Part shown: positions 20,687-29,742 of the stretch, piece by piece | Layout of the letters: each line of letters opens with the position of its first letter | Position numbering within the stretch: position 1 is the stretch's first letter | Source of the DNA: Rubripirellula sp. | GTDB taxonomy: Bacteria; Planctomycetota; Planctomycetia; Pirellulales; Pirellulaceae | Reading direction: 5' to 3' | Length of the DNA: 64,000 bases | Assembly: GCA_965216875.1 (NCBI GenBank) | Contig: OZ244207.1 | Coordinates: forward strand, 1,696,001 to 1,760,000 | The notes under the pieces: generated by a model | Databases searched by the model: none | The model's input: only the letters and a program-made list of their open reading frames with translations | Told to the model about the DNA's origin: nothing | Translations under genes and position numbers: made by a program

Positions 20687-21733
20687 CTACTCGGCGGGGC
20701 TATCGATCGCCATTGCTTGCAGCTTTTCCATGGCACGCTTTTCGAGCTGGCGGACGCGTTCCTTGGAAACACCAAGCCGGTCAGCGAGCGATTGCAGGGT
20801 TCGCACCCGACGGTGGGATCCCAAAGCAAAACGGGCGCGGATGATCAGCTTTTCGCGGCGGTCGAGCTTGTCGAGCATGGTCGCCAGTTTGCCTCGAAGC
20901 AGGTTCCAGCGTTTTTCGCTAATCGCGGACGTGCGGGTTTCATCGCTGACATCAATCTCCATCTCCTGCAGACCGCCGACCACACGCTGGCGTTCCTGCT
21001 GTTTCACGACGACGGCACGATACGAGTTACGCCGTACAACCTGGGTTGCATAGGTGCTGAAGCGGAAACCACGGTCGAAGTCGAACTTTTCAACTGCCCG
21101 CATCAAACCCACGATCCCGTCACTAAGCAGGTCTTCGAAGCTGTTGTTTGGATTGACGAACTTCTTCACGATCGAGAAGACGAGCCGAAGGTTGGCCTCA
21201 ACCAATCGATCGCGGTGCCACTTCGCGAGCGCCTCGAGGGTCTGAATCAGATCCAAGCGGACGCGAGAGGGTCGTTGAACATTTAGCATCGAACGGTGAC
21301 GGGCTGCCTGCTGCATCAGGAAGTTCATGCGTTGGAAGAGCATTTTTTCCTGCTGGGGTGTCAGCAGGGGAGCCTCGCAGAGCCGGCTTAGGTGAATGGG
21401 CATGTCTGCCCCCGAGCGCCGGATGGCGGCAAGGCCGAGGGCCTCTTCGCGAGGTCTCAGCTCTAAAGACTCAGCAAAGATCTCGTTGCCTTTGCTAGCG
21501 TCATCGAACGCCTCGTTGCTGATCCAGCTGAATTCTCGCTGAATCCAAGAGCGAGTCATTTCTCGCAGCTGGTTGGAATCGAGGGAATCAACATCAACAA
21601 GCTCGTCGGCAACCGCCGCAGTGGCTTCGTTCAGCTCGTTGCTTCGGAGCCAAGCGGAGCGGCGAGCAGGAAAGCTTGACGCGGCATCAGGAGCTTGTTT
21701 GACCGTTTTGACTTGAGCGGTGGAAACTGCCAT
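20687..21733 (-). CDS. Sigma-70 family RNA polymerase sigma factor (atypical)
   Basis: Region 1.2 (PLLTPQQE), region 2 (EANLRLV, GLMRAVEKFD.RGFRFSTYA) and region 4 (TLQSLADRLGVSKERVRQLE). Start uncertain. Confidence 0.93.
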   Translation of the reverse strand: MAVSTAQVKTVKQAPDAASSFPARRSAWLRSNELNEATAAVADELVDVDSLDSNQLREMTRSWIQREFSWISNEAFDDASKGNEIFAESLELRPREEALGLAAIRRSGADMPIHLSRLCEAPLLTPQQEKMLFQRMNFLMQQAARHRSMLNVQRPSRVRLDLIQTLEALAKWHRDRLVEANLRLVFSIVKKFVNPNNSFEDLLSDGIVGLMRAVEKFDFDRGFRFSTYATQVVRRNSYRAVVVKQQERQRVVGGLQEMEIDVSDETRTSAISEKRWNLLRGKLATMLDKLDRREKLIIRARFALGSHRRVRTLQSLADRLGVSKERVRQLEKRAMEKLQAMAIDSPAE

Positions 21734-21794
21734 GGCTAGGAAACCTAAGTTTTTGGCGTGAAAAAAGGCGGCCGGCCCCGTGCTCGACCCTGCG

Positions 21795-21822
21795 TGAACG
21801 TTTTGGATGTCGAAAACGTTCA
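21795..21822. promoter_or_regulatory. Perfect inverted repeat TGAACGTTTT-N8-AAAACGTTCA, candidate operator for the sigma gene
   Basis: 10-bp arms lying just downstream of a minus-strand -10-like TATAGT (21831-21826). Confidence 0.6.
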
Positions 21823-21969
21823 CTTACTATATACGCGTATCGACGAACTGATTCAACGCGCCAGACTGCATTTTTCGAACTTTTCGCGTTTTTTCTCGAA
21901 TTGATTCCGATTTTCGCTTCAAAACACCTGCCAGATCGGCTGATCTCTAGCGTATGATAAAGACTCGAT

Positions 21970-21996
21970 AAACGTTCATTTCGTTCAAAACGTTCA
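21970..21996 (+). promoter_or_regulatory. Three tandem 9-bp direct repeats (AAACGTTCA TTTCGTTCA AAACGTTCA), candidate autoregulatory operator
   Basis: Located between a -10-like TATGAT (21953-21958) and ATG 22001. Same core as the 21795-21822 inverted repeat. Confidence 0.6.
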
Positions 21997-22000
21997 TGTT

Positions 22001-22885
22001 ATGGTCGCAAAACAGCCACGTTTTTCTCCGAAGCAGGTCGCCCAGGCGCTCGAGGTCAGTGAGTCGTCGGTCAAGCGCTGGTGCGACAAGGGCTCGATCG
22101 TCACGATCAAGACGATGGGCGGGCACCGCCGGATCACACTCGACGCACTCCAGCAGTTCGTGAGTGATTCAGGTCGGGAACTGCGCTTGCCCCATCTGCT
22201 CGGCTTGCCGCAGCTCGCAAACTCGCGGACCACCGAGATCGTTGGTGAGGAAGACCCGCTACTGTTCCAGTTCCGCAATTGTTTGGCGATTGGCAACGAA
22301 TCAGGTTGTCGGCAGGTTCTGAAGCAGGCAATCGAGGAGTCGGGATCGACCATTCAAGCCTGCGAGCGGATGATTGCTGACGCGATGCGAGGGATTGGGG
22401 CGGCCTGGGAACACAACAGTCTCGACGTCTACCAAGAGCGGCGCGGATGCGAGATCTGTGTGCGGCTGATCAACCAGCTTCGCACTGAATTGCCTGCAAT
22501 TCCTCCGTCGGCCCCGATCGCGTTTGGTGGAACGCCCGAGGGTGACCCGTATCAATTGGCCAGCGCTCTGGTCGAGCTGGGGTTACGTGAAGCGGGATGG
22601 AACGCAACCAACCTCGGGAGCAATTTGCCGCTTGAGAGCTTTTTGCAAGCGGCACACGATACGCCACCTCGGCTGGTTTGGATGAGCGTTTCGGCAATCC
22701 CCAATCGGCCCGTCTTTGTTGCGCGGCAAAACCGTCTGGCCGAGTTGCTATCGGATGACGTCAGTCTGCTCGTTGGCGGACGCGCGATCACGCCTGAGTT
22801 GCAGCAACGGTTGAGCTACACCGCGATTTGCAAAAGCGTCGCCCAGCTCGTCGAAATTGCCGAAGCAATGCACGGCCCGGTGTGA
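22001..22885 (+). CDS. MerR-type HTH plus cobalamin-binding-fold regulator (CarH/LitR-like)
   Basis: HTH SPKQVAQALEVSESSVKRW...TMGGHRR, helical bundle IGAAWE...YQE, Rossmann part LGSNLP...SVS...VGGRA. Confidence 0.88.
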   Translation: MVAKQPRFSPKQVAQALEVSESSVKRWCDKGSIVTIKTMGGHRRITLDALQQFVSDSGRELRLPHLLGLPQLANSRTTEIVGEEDPLLFQFRNCLAIGNESGCRQVLKQAIEESGSTIQACERMIADAMRGIGAAWEHNSLDVYQERRGCEICVRLINQLRTELPAIPPSAPIAFGGTPEGDPYQLASALVELGLREAGWNATNLGSNLPLESFLQAAHDTPPRLVWMSVSAIPNRPVFVARQNRLAELLSDDVSLLVGGRAITPELQQRLSYTAICKSVAQLVEIAEAMHGPV

Positions 22886-22929
22886 GGGCAGGGCCTTGTA
22901 CTAGGCATCTAAACTGCGGCCATCAAACA

Positions 22930-23305
22930 AACACTTTCCCTTGGGAGAGTCGGGCTCTAAGGCCCGGAGAGGGTTTGTTCGTTGCAGAGTATTCCCTCCC
23001 CGGACTTTGCGTCCGACCCTCCCGCAAGCGGGAGGGTGATTGTTGGCGCATACGATGACCTGGGCAAACACATCTGCTCATGGCACTGCGAATCGAATCC
23101 GCGGTGCCCGCCGTGAGGCCTCGGGCCCTTGCTCAGGTGGAGTAACGCTCAGGTGCAGTGGCCCGGCCGCTTACGCGATCACAGCTCAAATGGCTGGGGA
23201 CGCGGAGCGTCCGCGGAGTCCGTTCCCACGGGGACCGTGGGAACGAGGTCGGAGGTTGGGCAAGAGTTGCGTTTGCAGCGCTACTTTCGCGGAGCGAAAG
23301 GCGAC
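22930..23305. repeat. REP mosaic: 117-bp family G element, family D (reverse) and family C
   Basis: 22930-23046 is near-identical to 13551-13667. D lies near 23197-23247 and C at 23281-23305. Confidence 0.87.
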
Positions 23306-23307
23306 AC

Positions 23308-24885
23308 TCAATTCCCGAAGGGATTGGGGTCGGCACCGAACGGGTTGTCACCACCGGCATCGCCGAAGGGATTGCCACCGTCCATGTTGTTGTCGCCGAA
23401 TGGATTGTCGGCTGGAGCGGCATCGCCAAACGGATTCGGATTGCCGGCACCGAACGGGTTGTCCGGAGTCGCAGGAGCCTGTGGGGCAGCCGGTTTGACC
23501 TCTTCTTCCTTGATCTCGATGTCAGGACGTTGGGTGAACGAAGGCAACTCGTGACCCTCGGGACGCAGGCACTGCACGGCTCCCCCGTCGCTGACCATGT
23601 ACAGTCGATCCGAGTGAATGTTGATCAGCAAACGACCGGGACGCACCGAATCGTAGGTGCGGATGCGCTCGCCTGTTTTCAGATTCAACACAGCAAGCGA
23701 ACCGCTGAGCGTGCGGACGTAGAGGTTGTCGCCAATCGCACCAATCAGCTCGTCGATGCTGGGGGCACTGCTGGCCCAGGTTGATTTGCCCGAATCGACC
23801 GCGAGCGAATAGAGGTTGCCGTAGGTGGACCGGATGAGAACTTGCGAGCCGACGACCATCGGTGCGTTGTAGAACGGTTCGCCGAACGGGACGCTCCAGA
23901 GGACCTTGCCGATCCGAGTCGCGCGAATCGCGTAGACCTGGCCAGCTTCACTTCCGAAGAAAAATCGATTTCCGTCGGCCGCAGCGATGCGTCCGCTTAC
24001 GATCCCGTCGGTGTCCAAGCGGAAAAGGACCGACGGTTCGCCTGACATTTCCATGACGTAGACGTAGCCTTTGGAGGTGCCCCAGGCGACGCGTGTGGTG
24101 TCGTCACCGGGCGCGATCGTGGGCAACGTGAGCGCGATGCCATTGACCACTTCCATGAACGGGTCGATGGTTGGATCCCGCATGGGGTAGCCTTCGACTC
24201 CATCACGAATGGTCGGAACCATCGCAAAGTTCCCTGCATGAACAGCGCCATGCAGCGGAGTGCCCATCATCCGAACTTCTTCCATCGTTTCGCCATTGCT
24301 GGCGTCAAGCTGAATCAAGTTAGGGCCGTTGATCACGGACACGTGATCTTCGCTGACACCGAGCGCGAAGTAGGAAAGGTTTCGGTCGCCGACCCGCGTC
24401 ATCCAGATCGGTTCGCCCGTTTCGGCGTCGCGGCATTCGCACGTTCCATCATTGCCCAACGTGTAAAGGTGAACGCGCGGAACGACGCGTGTGGTGACCA
24501 CGGGGGCAAAGCCACGACGCTTTAGCCGCAGCACTTCGTGAAGCGCCAGTCGCTCGGCTTCCTTTTTGCCAATCGGCTCACCGGCAGCGTTGAGTTGGTC
24601 CGTTGCGATTCGCAACCAGACGCGATTCCGCTCACCACGCTCGTAGGCGGGAGTCCCTTCGGGCACAGGTGCCGAAACTTCGACGTACTCGTGGGGGTTC
24701 TCGCTGTTGACGTACAGCTGTTGATCGATGATCGAATCCGCGCCCGCAGGGACGGGCAGGTAGCGTTTCCAGACTTCCTCCATGCCAAGTTGCGACGCAA
24801 CGGAATGGGGGAAGAGGTCACCTGCATGGGTGGACTGGAACGTGCACAGTGCGGCGACGGCAAGCAATCCGATCGTTCGTTTCAT
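23308..24885 (-). CDS. Secreted PQQ-like/BamB-like beta-propeller protein with a C-terminal NPFG-repeat tail
   Basis: Signal peptide and Trp-docking repeats (DAETGEPIW, TRIGKVLW, DSGKSTW). Confidence 0.85.
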   Translation of the reverse strand: MKRTIGLLAVAALCTFQSTHAGDLFPHSVASQLGMEEVWKRYLPVPAGADSIIDQQLYVNSENPHEYVEVSAPVPEGTPAYERGERNRVWLRIATDQLNAAGEPIGKKEAERLALHEVLRLKRRGFAPVVTTRVVPRVHLYTLGNDGTCECRDAETGEPIWMTRVGDRNLSYFALGVSEDHVSVINGPNLIQLDASNGETMEEVRMMGTPLHGAVHAGNFAMVPTIRDGVEGYPMRDPTIDPFMEVVNGIALTLPTIAPGDDTTRVAWGTSKGYVYVMEMSGEPSVLFRLDTDGIVSGRIAAADGNRFFFGSEAGQVYAIRATRIGKVLWSVPFGEPFYNAPMVVGSQVLIRSTYGNLYSLAVDSGKSTWASSAPSIDELIGAIGDNLYVRTLSGSLAVLNLKTGERIRTYDSVRPGRLLINIHSDRLYMVSDGGAVQCLRPEGHELPSFTQRPDIEIKEEEVKPAAPQAPATPDNPFGAGNPNPFGDAAPADNPFGDNNMDGGNPFGDAGGDNPFGADPNPFGN

Positions 24886-25147
24886 GTCAGAAAACGCGGG
24901 TGCGTCGAGAAAGTTAGGCTGCAGAAAAGGAGGGGGCAGGAATCCAAATTTTCAAGGCTCGCACCTCGCCTGCACCAAGTAGCTACTCACCCACTCAGTC
25001 TAATCAAACCGCCCCAAACTGGCGAACTTTTCGCCAAAAACGCCCCCGTAATCGCCATCGGGCACGCCCGCACCGGTGAATTGAGGAGCCGCAGCGGTGG
25101 GGTCGTAGCGGCTCTAGCGATTGCAAGGTGCCCAGAAGCCACTCCCC

Positions 25148-25294
25148 GTGAGCCGAACGCGCTAGCGTCGGGCCTCTGAGTTCTTGTTTCGAGACGCTAC
25201 GCTCGCCAGAGCGTGGGACGGACTGTGTAATAGTCGCCTTTTGCTCCGCAAAAGTTGCGTTTGCGGACGCTGCTTTCGCGGAGCGAAAGGCGAC
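25148..25294. repeat. REP mosaic (B, half A, inverted C pair)
   Basis: GTGAGCCGAACGCGCTAGCGTCGGGCC and GTCGCCTTTT...TTTCGCGGAGCGAAAGGCGAC. Confidence 0.85.
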
Positions 25295-25309
25295 ATTCCA
25301 AGAATCACT

Positions 25310-25882
25310 CTAGCCGAGCAGTTCCATGAAGGCTCGCATCCAGGCGGGGTGGGCTGGCCACGCCGGTGCGGTCACCAAATTGCCGTCGACGTGTGCCGAA
25401 TCCATGGTTTCCGCTGGCGGAACGTAGGTACCACCTGCTGCGCCCACTTCGTAGCTGACTGCGGGATAGCAACTGCATTGGCGATCTGCCAACACACCGG
25501 CAGCCGCCAGGATCTGGGGGCCGTGGCAGATCGCGGCGATCGGCTTCTTGGCCGACGCGAAGTGTTGGACCACCTCGAGCACGCGGGCGTTGAGTCGCAG
25601 GTATTCCGGGGCTCGCCCGCCGGGAATCACCAGTGCGTCGAAACTCGCAGGGTCGATCGTGGCAAAGTCGCCTGAGATCGCGAAGCGGTGACCCGGCTTT
25701 TCGGAGTAGGTCTGATGGCCTTCAAAGTCGTGGATCGCGGTCGCGACCGTGTCGCCAGGCTCTTTGTCTGGACAGACGGTGATCACGCTGTGGCCGGCGC
25801 ACATCAGGATCTGCAGTGGCACCATTGCCTCGTAATCCTCGACAAAGTCCCCGACGATCATCAGGATTTTCTTACCAGGCAT
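25310..25882 (-). CDS. DJ-1/PfpI family protein
   Basis: [25 protein letters not shown] and TAPAWP. Confidence 0.95.
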   Translation of the reverse strand: MPGKKILMIVGDFVEDYEAMVPLQILMCAGHSVITVCPDKEPGDTVATAIHDFEGHQTYSEKPGHRFAISGDFATIDPASFDALVIPGGRAPEYLRLNARVLEVVQHFASAKKPIAAICHGPQILAAAGVLADRQCSCYPAVSYEVGAAGGTYVPPAETMDSAHVDGNLVTAPAWPAHPAWMRAFMELLG

Positions 25883-26000
25883 GGATCACTCTCTATTCTT
25901 GGTCTGAATGCTGTGGTTTCGAATCAATGTAGCGAGCGGATCGCAAAAGCGTTAGCGGCCCACTCGGAACTGGGACTAGGCTCGTATGGTCGGTCGGTTG

Positions 26001-28043
26001 CTAATCGCGTCGTCCAGACCAACGCAACATTTGATGTTCGAGGTCAAGCGGGTAGCTGACCGTGACGTCCGTGATATCGCCATCGGCATTGCGCGTTGCG
26101 GTGAGCTCTGGCATCACAAATCCGGTGAACGCGGGTTGGTCGAGCGCTTCGAACCGCTCAAGGACTTCGTCGCGCAACTCGGTGTCGATGTGAATCCCGT
26201 AGGTTTCAAAGAGCTTCATCGCGGCTGGACGGTCGGCTTCGGATTTGATTCGTTGAACTTCGGCTAACAGTTGTCCAACGCCGCGATGCCAGGTTTCAAC
26301 ATCCGCAACGCGAAGATAGGTCTTGCCGTCGCGCCGAACCTTGTCGATCGCATCGGTGTTTTTCATCAACCAGTGCACGATCATTTGGCGATTGCGCATA
26401 TGGTCTTCTTCAATCGTGGTGCCGGTCTTGATGCGCCGCAGCTGCATCATTGCGTTTCGTGTGTAGTGCTCGTAGGCGGCTCGTTGGATCGTTTTGAGGT
26501 CCTTTGCGTCGACCAAGCCCAGTTCAACCAGCTTTTCGTCGCCGAGGAACCAGAGGGCAACCAGGTCGGCGCGACCTTCCTCGAGCGCCGAGTAATATTC
26601 CTTGATGACGTCCTCGGGATTCAATTCGAGGTGTGGCGCCATCTGGCCCGACGCGTGTCCAATCACCTCGTGCATGTTGACTTCGAGTGCGAGTGCTTGG
26701 CTCTTCCACTTCATGCGTGCCGCCTCTTCCTCGTCAAAACAGAACTCGTTTCGCGCTGCTTTGGAACTCGACAGGTCATACGCTTCCATCACATTCGAAA
26801 GCGAAACCGACTTGCTGCCGTATTGCTCGCGGATGTCGCCAGGGTTGGGCAAGTTGATGCCAATCGGAGTCACGGGGCCTGAGTCGCCCGTTTCCATCAC
26901 GGCTTGGATAGCCTTTGCCGAGATGCCTCGGACCTCCGGTTTTCGGAATTGCCGCCCGTAGGGCATATGGTCTTCGAACCACTGCGCATTGTCGGCGAAC
27001 TTACGAATCATCTTGGTCTTTTCGGGATCGTCGAAATAGACAACGGCTTCCCAAGCCCCTTTCTGACCGCGTGCATCGAGATACACCTCGATAAACCCGT
27101 TGATCGTGTCGACGGGCGAATCGTCATCGGCGACCCAGGTGATGTTGTATTCGCGAAAATCGATCGCCTCGCCGGTGCGGTAGTAGTGGACGAGAGCCCC
27201 CAGTGCCCGTGCCATCTTGGGTGTTGCAAACTCAATCGCTGCCTCGAGGTGCTTGATGACCGACGAAAGTTCGTCGGCATACAACCCGGGCGCAATCAGC
27301 TCGTCAAAACCCGCACGATAGATCTGTTCCTCGAGCGTTCCGTCAGGCAGTTTGCGCAGTCGCGAATTCAGCGGGTAGCGCTCCTCAAACCCTTTCAAGT
27401 CCTCCATCGAGACGTTCTCGTAGAGATTGTTGGCACTCGCGATCAGAATGTCGGCGCCCTCTTTGGGCGACTTGTTGGTTGCATGCGAATCGTGCTCGGG
27501 ATCAAACAACACCGGCTTCAGACGCTGCAAGAATTCGTCGATCGATTCATCTTCATGGACCGGAATCTTTGCACCGTTGATCGCGGCAACTTTGACAGCC
27601 ATGACAAAGTCATCAAAGGAGCATTCCAAGACATTCTTTTGCCCGGTGATCGGATTGTGTGGCCCGTTGCCGATCCAAAACAACTTGGCGTATTTGCGGA
27701 TCTTGGCCAACACAGCTGGATCCACATCCTCGCCCCCAAGCAGCGTCTCTTCGATCAAGTCGCGAATCACCAGTGAATGTTCGTACTTTTGATCGATAAA
27801 GATGTCGCGTCCCGCGACGGCGGCGTTGGACAGGTGATAGATCAGAGTCTTGTCACGCAGCGAAAGTTGGTCAAAACCGTCTACGTAAAGTTGGACGACT
27901 GCCATGTCGTCGATCCGTTCAAGCAAATACTTGCGTTTCGACTCTTCGGTCGGGTCCTGCGCGCCAACGTGGTTTCCACAAAGCACCACGAGCAAGGTTG
28001 CCGCAATCAATCCACCACGCATCAAGCAAACACATCCACGCAT
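26001..28043 (-). CDS. Peptidase M49 (dipeptidyl-peptidase III family), secreted
   Basis: HEVIGH hexapeptide zinc motif, EEGRAD, GINLPN and an N-terminal signal peptide. Confidence 0.92.
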   Translation of the reverse strand: MRGCVCLMRGGLIAATLLVVLCGNHVGAQDPTEESKRKYLLERIDDMAVVQLYVDGFDQLSLRDKTLIYHLSNAAVAGRDIFIDQKYEHSLVIRDLIEETLLGGEDVDPAVLAKIRKYAKLFWIGNGPHNPITGQKNVLECSFDDFVMAVKVAAINGAKIPVHEDESIDEFLQRLKPVLFDPEHDSHATNKSPKEGADILIASANNLYENVSMEDLKGFEERYPLNSRLRKLPDGTLEEQIYRAGFDELIAPGLYADELSSVIKHLEAAIEFATPKMARALGALVHYYRTGEAIDFREYNITWVADDDSPVDTINGFIEVYLDARGQKGAWEAVVYFDDPEKTKMIRKFADNAQWFEDHMPYGRQFRKPEVRGISAKAIQAVMETGDSGPVTPIGINLPNPGDIREQYGSKSVSLSNVMEAYDLSSSKAARNEFCFDEEEAARMKWKSQALALEVNMHEVIGHASGQMAPHLELNPEDVIKEYYSALEEGRADLVALWFLGDEKLVELGLVDAKDLKTIQRAAYEHYTRNAMMQLRRIKTGTTIEEDHMRNRQMIVHWLMKNTDAIDKVRRDGKTYLRVADVETWHRGVGQLLAEVQRIKSEADRPAAMKLFETYGIHIDTELRDEVLERFEALDQPAFTGFVMPELTATRNADGDITDVTVSYPLDLEHQMLRWSGRRD

Positions 28044-28352
28044 CGAACACCAATCTCCGTAAGGGCTTCCATTGAGAAGCGACCGTTTTACACGATGGCC
28101 GTGTTGTAGGTGATGCTCCCCAGGGCAATTTGCAGGCGGCGTGCAATGTGTGACTTGAGACGGCGTCGAATTCCCAAGAAAGGCAACATTTTTCTTACCA
28201 CCGCTTGGATTCGGTTTGTGATTTGCAATATTCGATAGTCACGTCGCGGTATGCCATCTTGGCAGCTGGGGCGGCTGCGCCGAATCATTCGCACATGGAG
28301 GCTGAATCGCGGCGTTTTTCGATACAAAAACACTTACAAACTGCAGATATAC

Positions 28353-29315
28353 GTGGCAGAAGACCTTTACCAGATCCTTGGCGTTGCTCGCGACGCCTCC
28401 CAGGCTGACATCAAGAAGGCTCATCGGAAGCTTGCGCTGAAGTTCCACCCGGACAAAAACCCAGATGATGATGTCGCCAAGGAGAAGTTCAAACGAGTTC
28501 AGGAGGCCTATGACGTTCTAAGCGACGACGAAAAGCGTGCTGCTTATGACCGGTACGGAGCCGATTTCGAGCGGATTCGCAGTACGGGCTACCACCCGGG
28601 TGCGGGCGCCGGTGGCTTTGATGGACTCGACTTGGAGCAGATCTTTGGTGGTCGAGGTGCCCAGTTCGAAGGAGGCTTTTCCGATTTCTTCGAGCAGATG
28701 ATGGGCGGTGGCGGCGCAGGTCCCCGCGGCGCGGGCGGAGGGCGCCGGCAACGACGCCAGCCGGCTCCGCAACGTGGTTCCAACATTCGACACGAACTCG
28801 AGATTCCCCTGGCGACTGCCGTTTTGGGAAACAAGACCGAGTTCTACCTGACGCGCAGTGGGCAAAGCGAAAAGCTTTCGGTCACCATCCCGCCAGGTGT
28901 CGAAACCGGTTCAAAAATCCGACTCCGCGAACAGGGCCAACCCTCGCCCAACGGTGGACCACGCGGCGACCTGATCTTGTTGATCAAAGTCTCGGATCAT
29001 CCCAACTTTCGCCGAATCGGACGGAACCTCGAACTCAAGCTTCCTGTCTCTCTCTCGGAGGCTGCACTGGGCGCCAAAATCGACGTTCCCACTCCGGCCG
29101 GTACGGTGACACTGACGATTCCACCGGCGACGAGCAGTGGAAAACGCCTGAGGCTTAAAGGGCAGGGCGTGAAGCAACGTGATGGAAGCGCGGGCGACTT
29201 GATTGTTGAGGTCGAGATTCAGCTTCCCGATCAGATCGATGATTCGTCGAAACAACTGATCGAACAGTTTGCAGAAAACAACCCGATGAACTTGCGTCAC
29301 GATTTGTCGTTTTGA
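28353..29315 (+). CDS. DnaJ-class chaperone without zinc finger (CbpA-like)
   Basis: J-domain HPD, G/F-rich linker, DnaJ C-terminal domain and no CxxCxGxG repeats. GTG start. Confidence 0.93.
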   Translation: MAEDLYQILGVARDASQADIKKAHRKLALKFHPDKNPDDDVAKEKFKRVQEAYDVLSDDEKRAAYDRYGADFERIRSTGYHPGAGAGGFDGLDLEQIFGGRGAQFEGGFSDFFEQMMGGGGAGPRGAGGGRRQRRQPAPQRGSNIRHELEIPLATAVLGNKTEFYLTRSGQSEKLSVTIPPGVETGSKIRLREQGQPSPNGGPRGDLILLIKVSDHPNFRRIGRNLELKLPVSLSEAALGAKIDVPTPAGTVTLTIPPATSSGKRLRLKGQGVKQRDGSAGDLIVEVEIQLPDQIDDSSKQLIEQFAENNPMNLRHDLSF

Positions 29316-29329
29316 CGCCAGCGAAATGA

Positions 29330-29686
29330 ATGGCATTGACCGAGTCCTTTTCGAAGACCGACCGCATCGTCAGCAGCGACGACTTTACCGTTGCGCTGCG
29401 AGCTGGCCACTGCGCGGCTGATGGAACCCTGGTCGTCTTCGCCGTGGCATCAGGCGAACAACGGACTCGGATCGGGATCACCATCCCCAAGCGAACGGGA
29501 TGCGCTGTGGTGCGCAATCGCTGGAAGCGTTTGATTCGTGAGTCCTTTCGAACGCAGCGTGGACGGATCCCGACCGGCTTCGATTTCGTTGTACGGCCCA
29601 AGAAGGGTGCCGAGCCTGATTGGGAAGCGGTCAAAAAGTCGCTGCCAAAGATGGCCCAAAAGGCCGCCAAGCGAGCCCAGGCGTAG
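29330..29686 (+). CDS. rnpA: Ribonuclease P protein component
   Basis: RIGITIPKRTG.AVVRNRWKRLIRE (RNR motif) and DFVV. Confidence 0.93.
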   Translation: MALTESFSKTDRIVSSDDFTVALRAGHCAADGTLVVFAVASGEQRTRIGITIPKRTGCAVVRNRWKRLIRESFRTQRGRIPTGFDFVVRPKKGAEPDWEAVKKSLPKMAQKAAKRAQA

Positions 29687-29742
29687 ATAGGGCGTGGAGG
29701 CTACTTTCGCGGAGCGAAAGGCGACTTTCAGAAATCCAAAGC

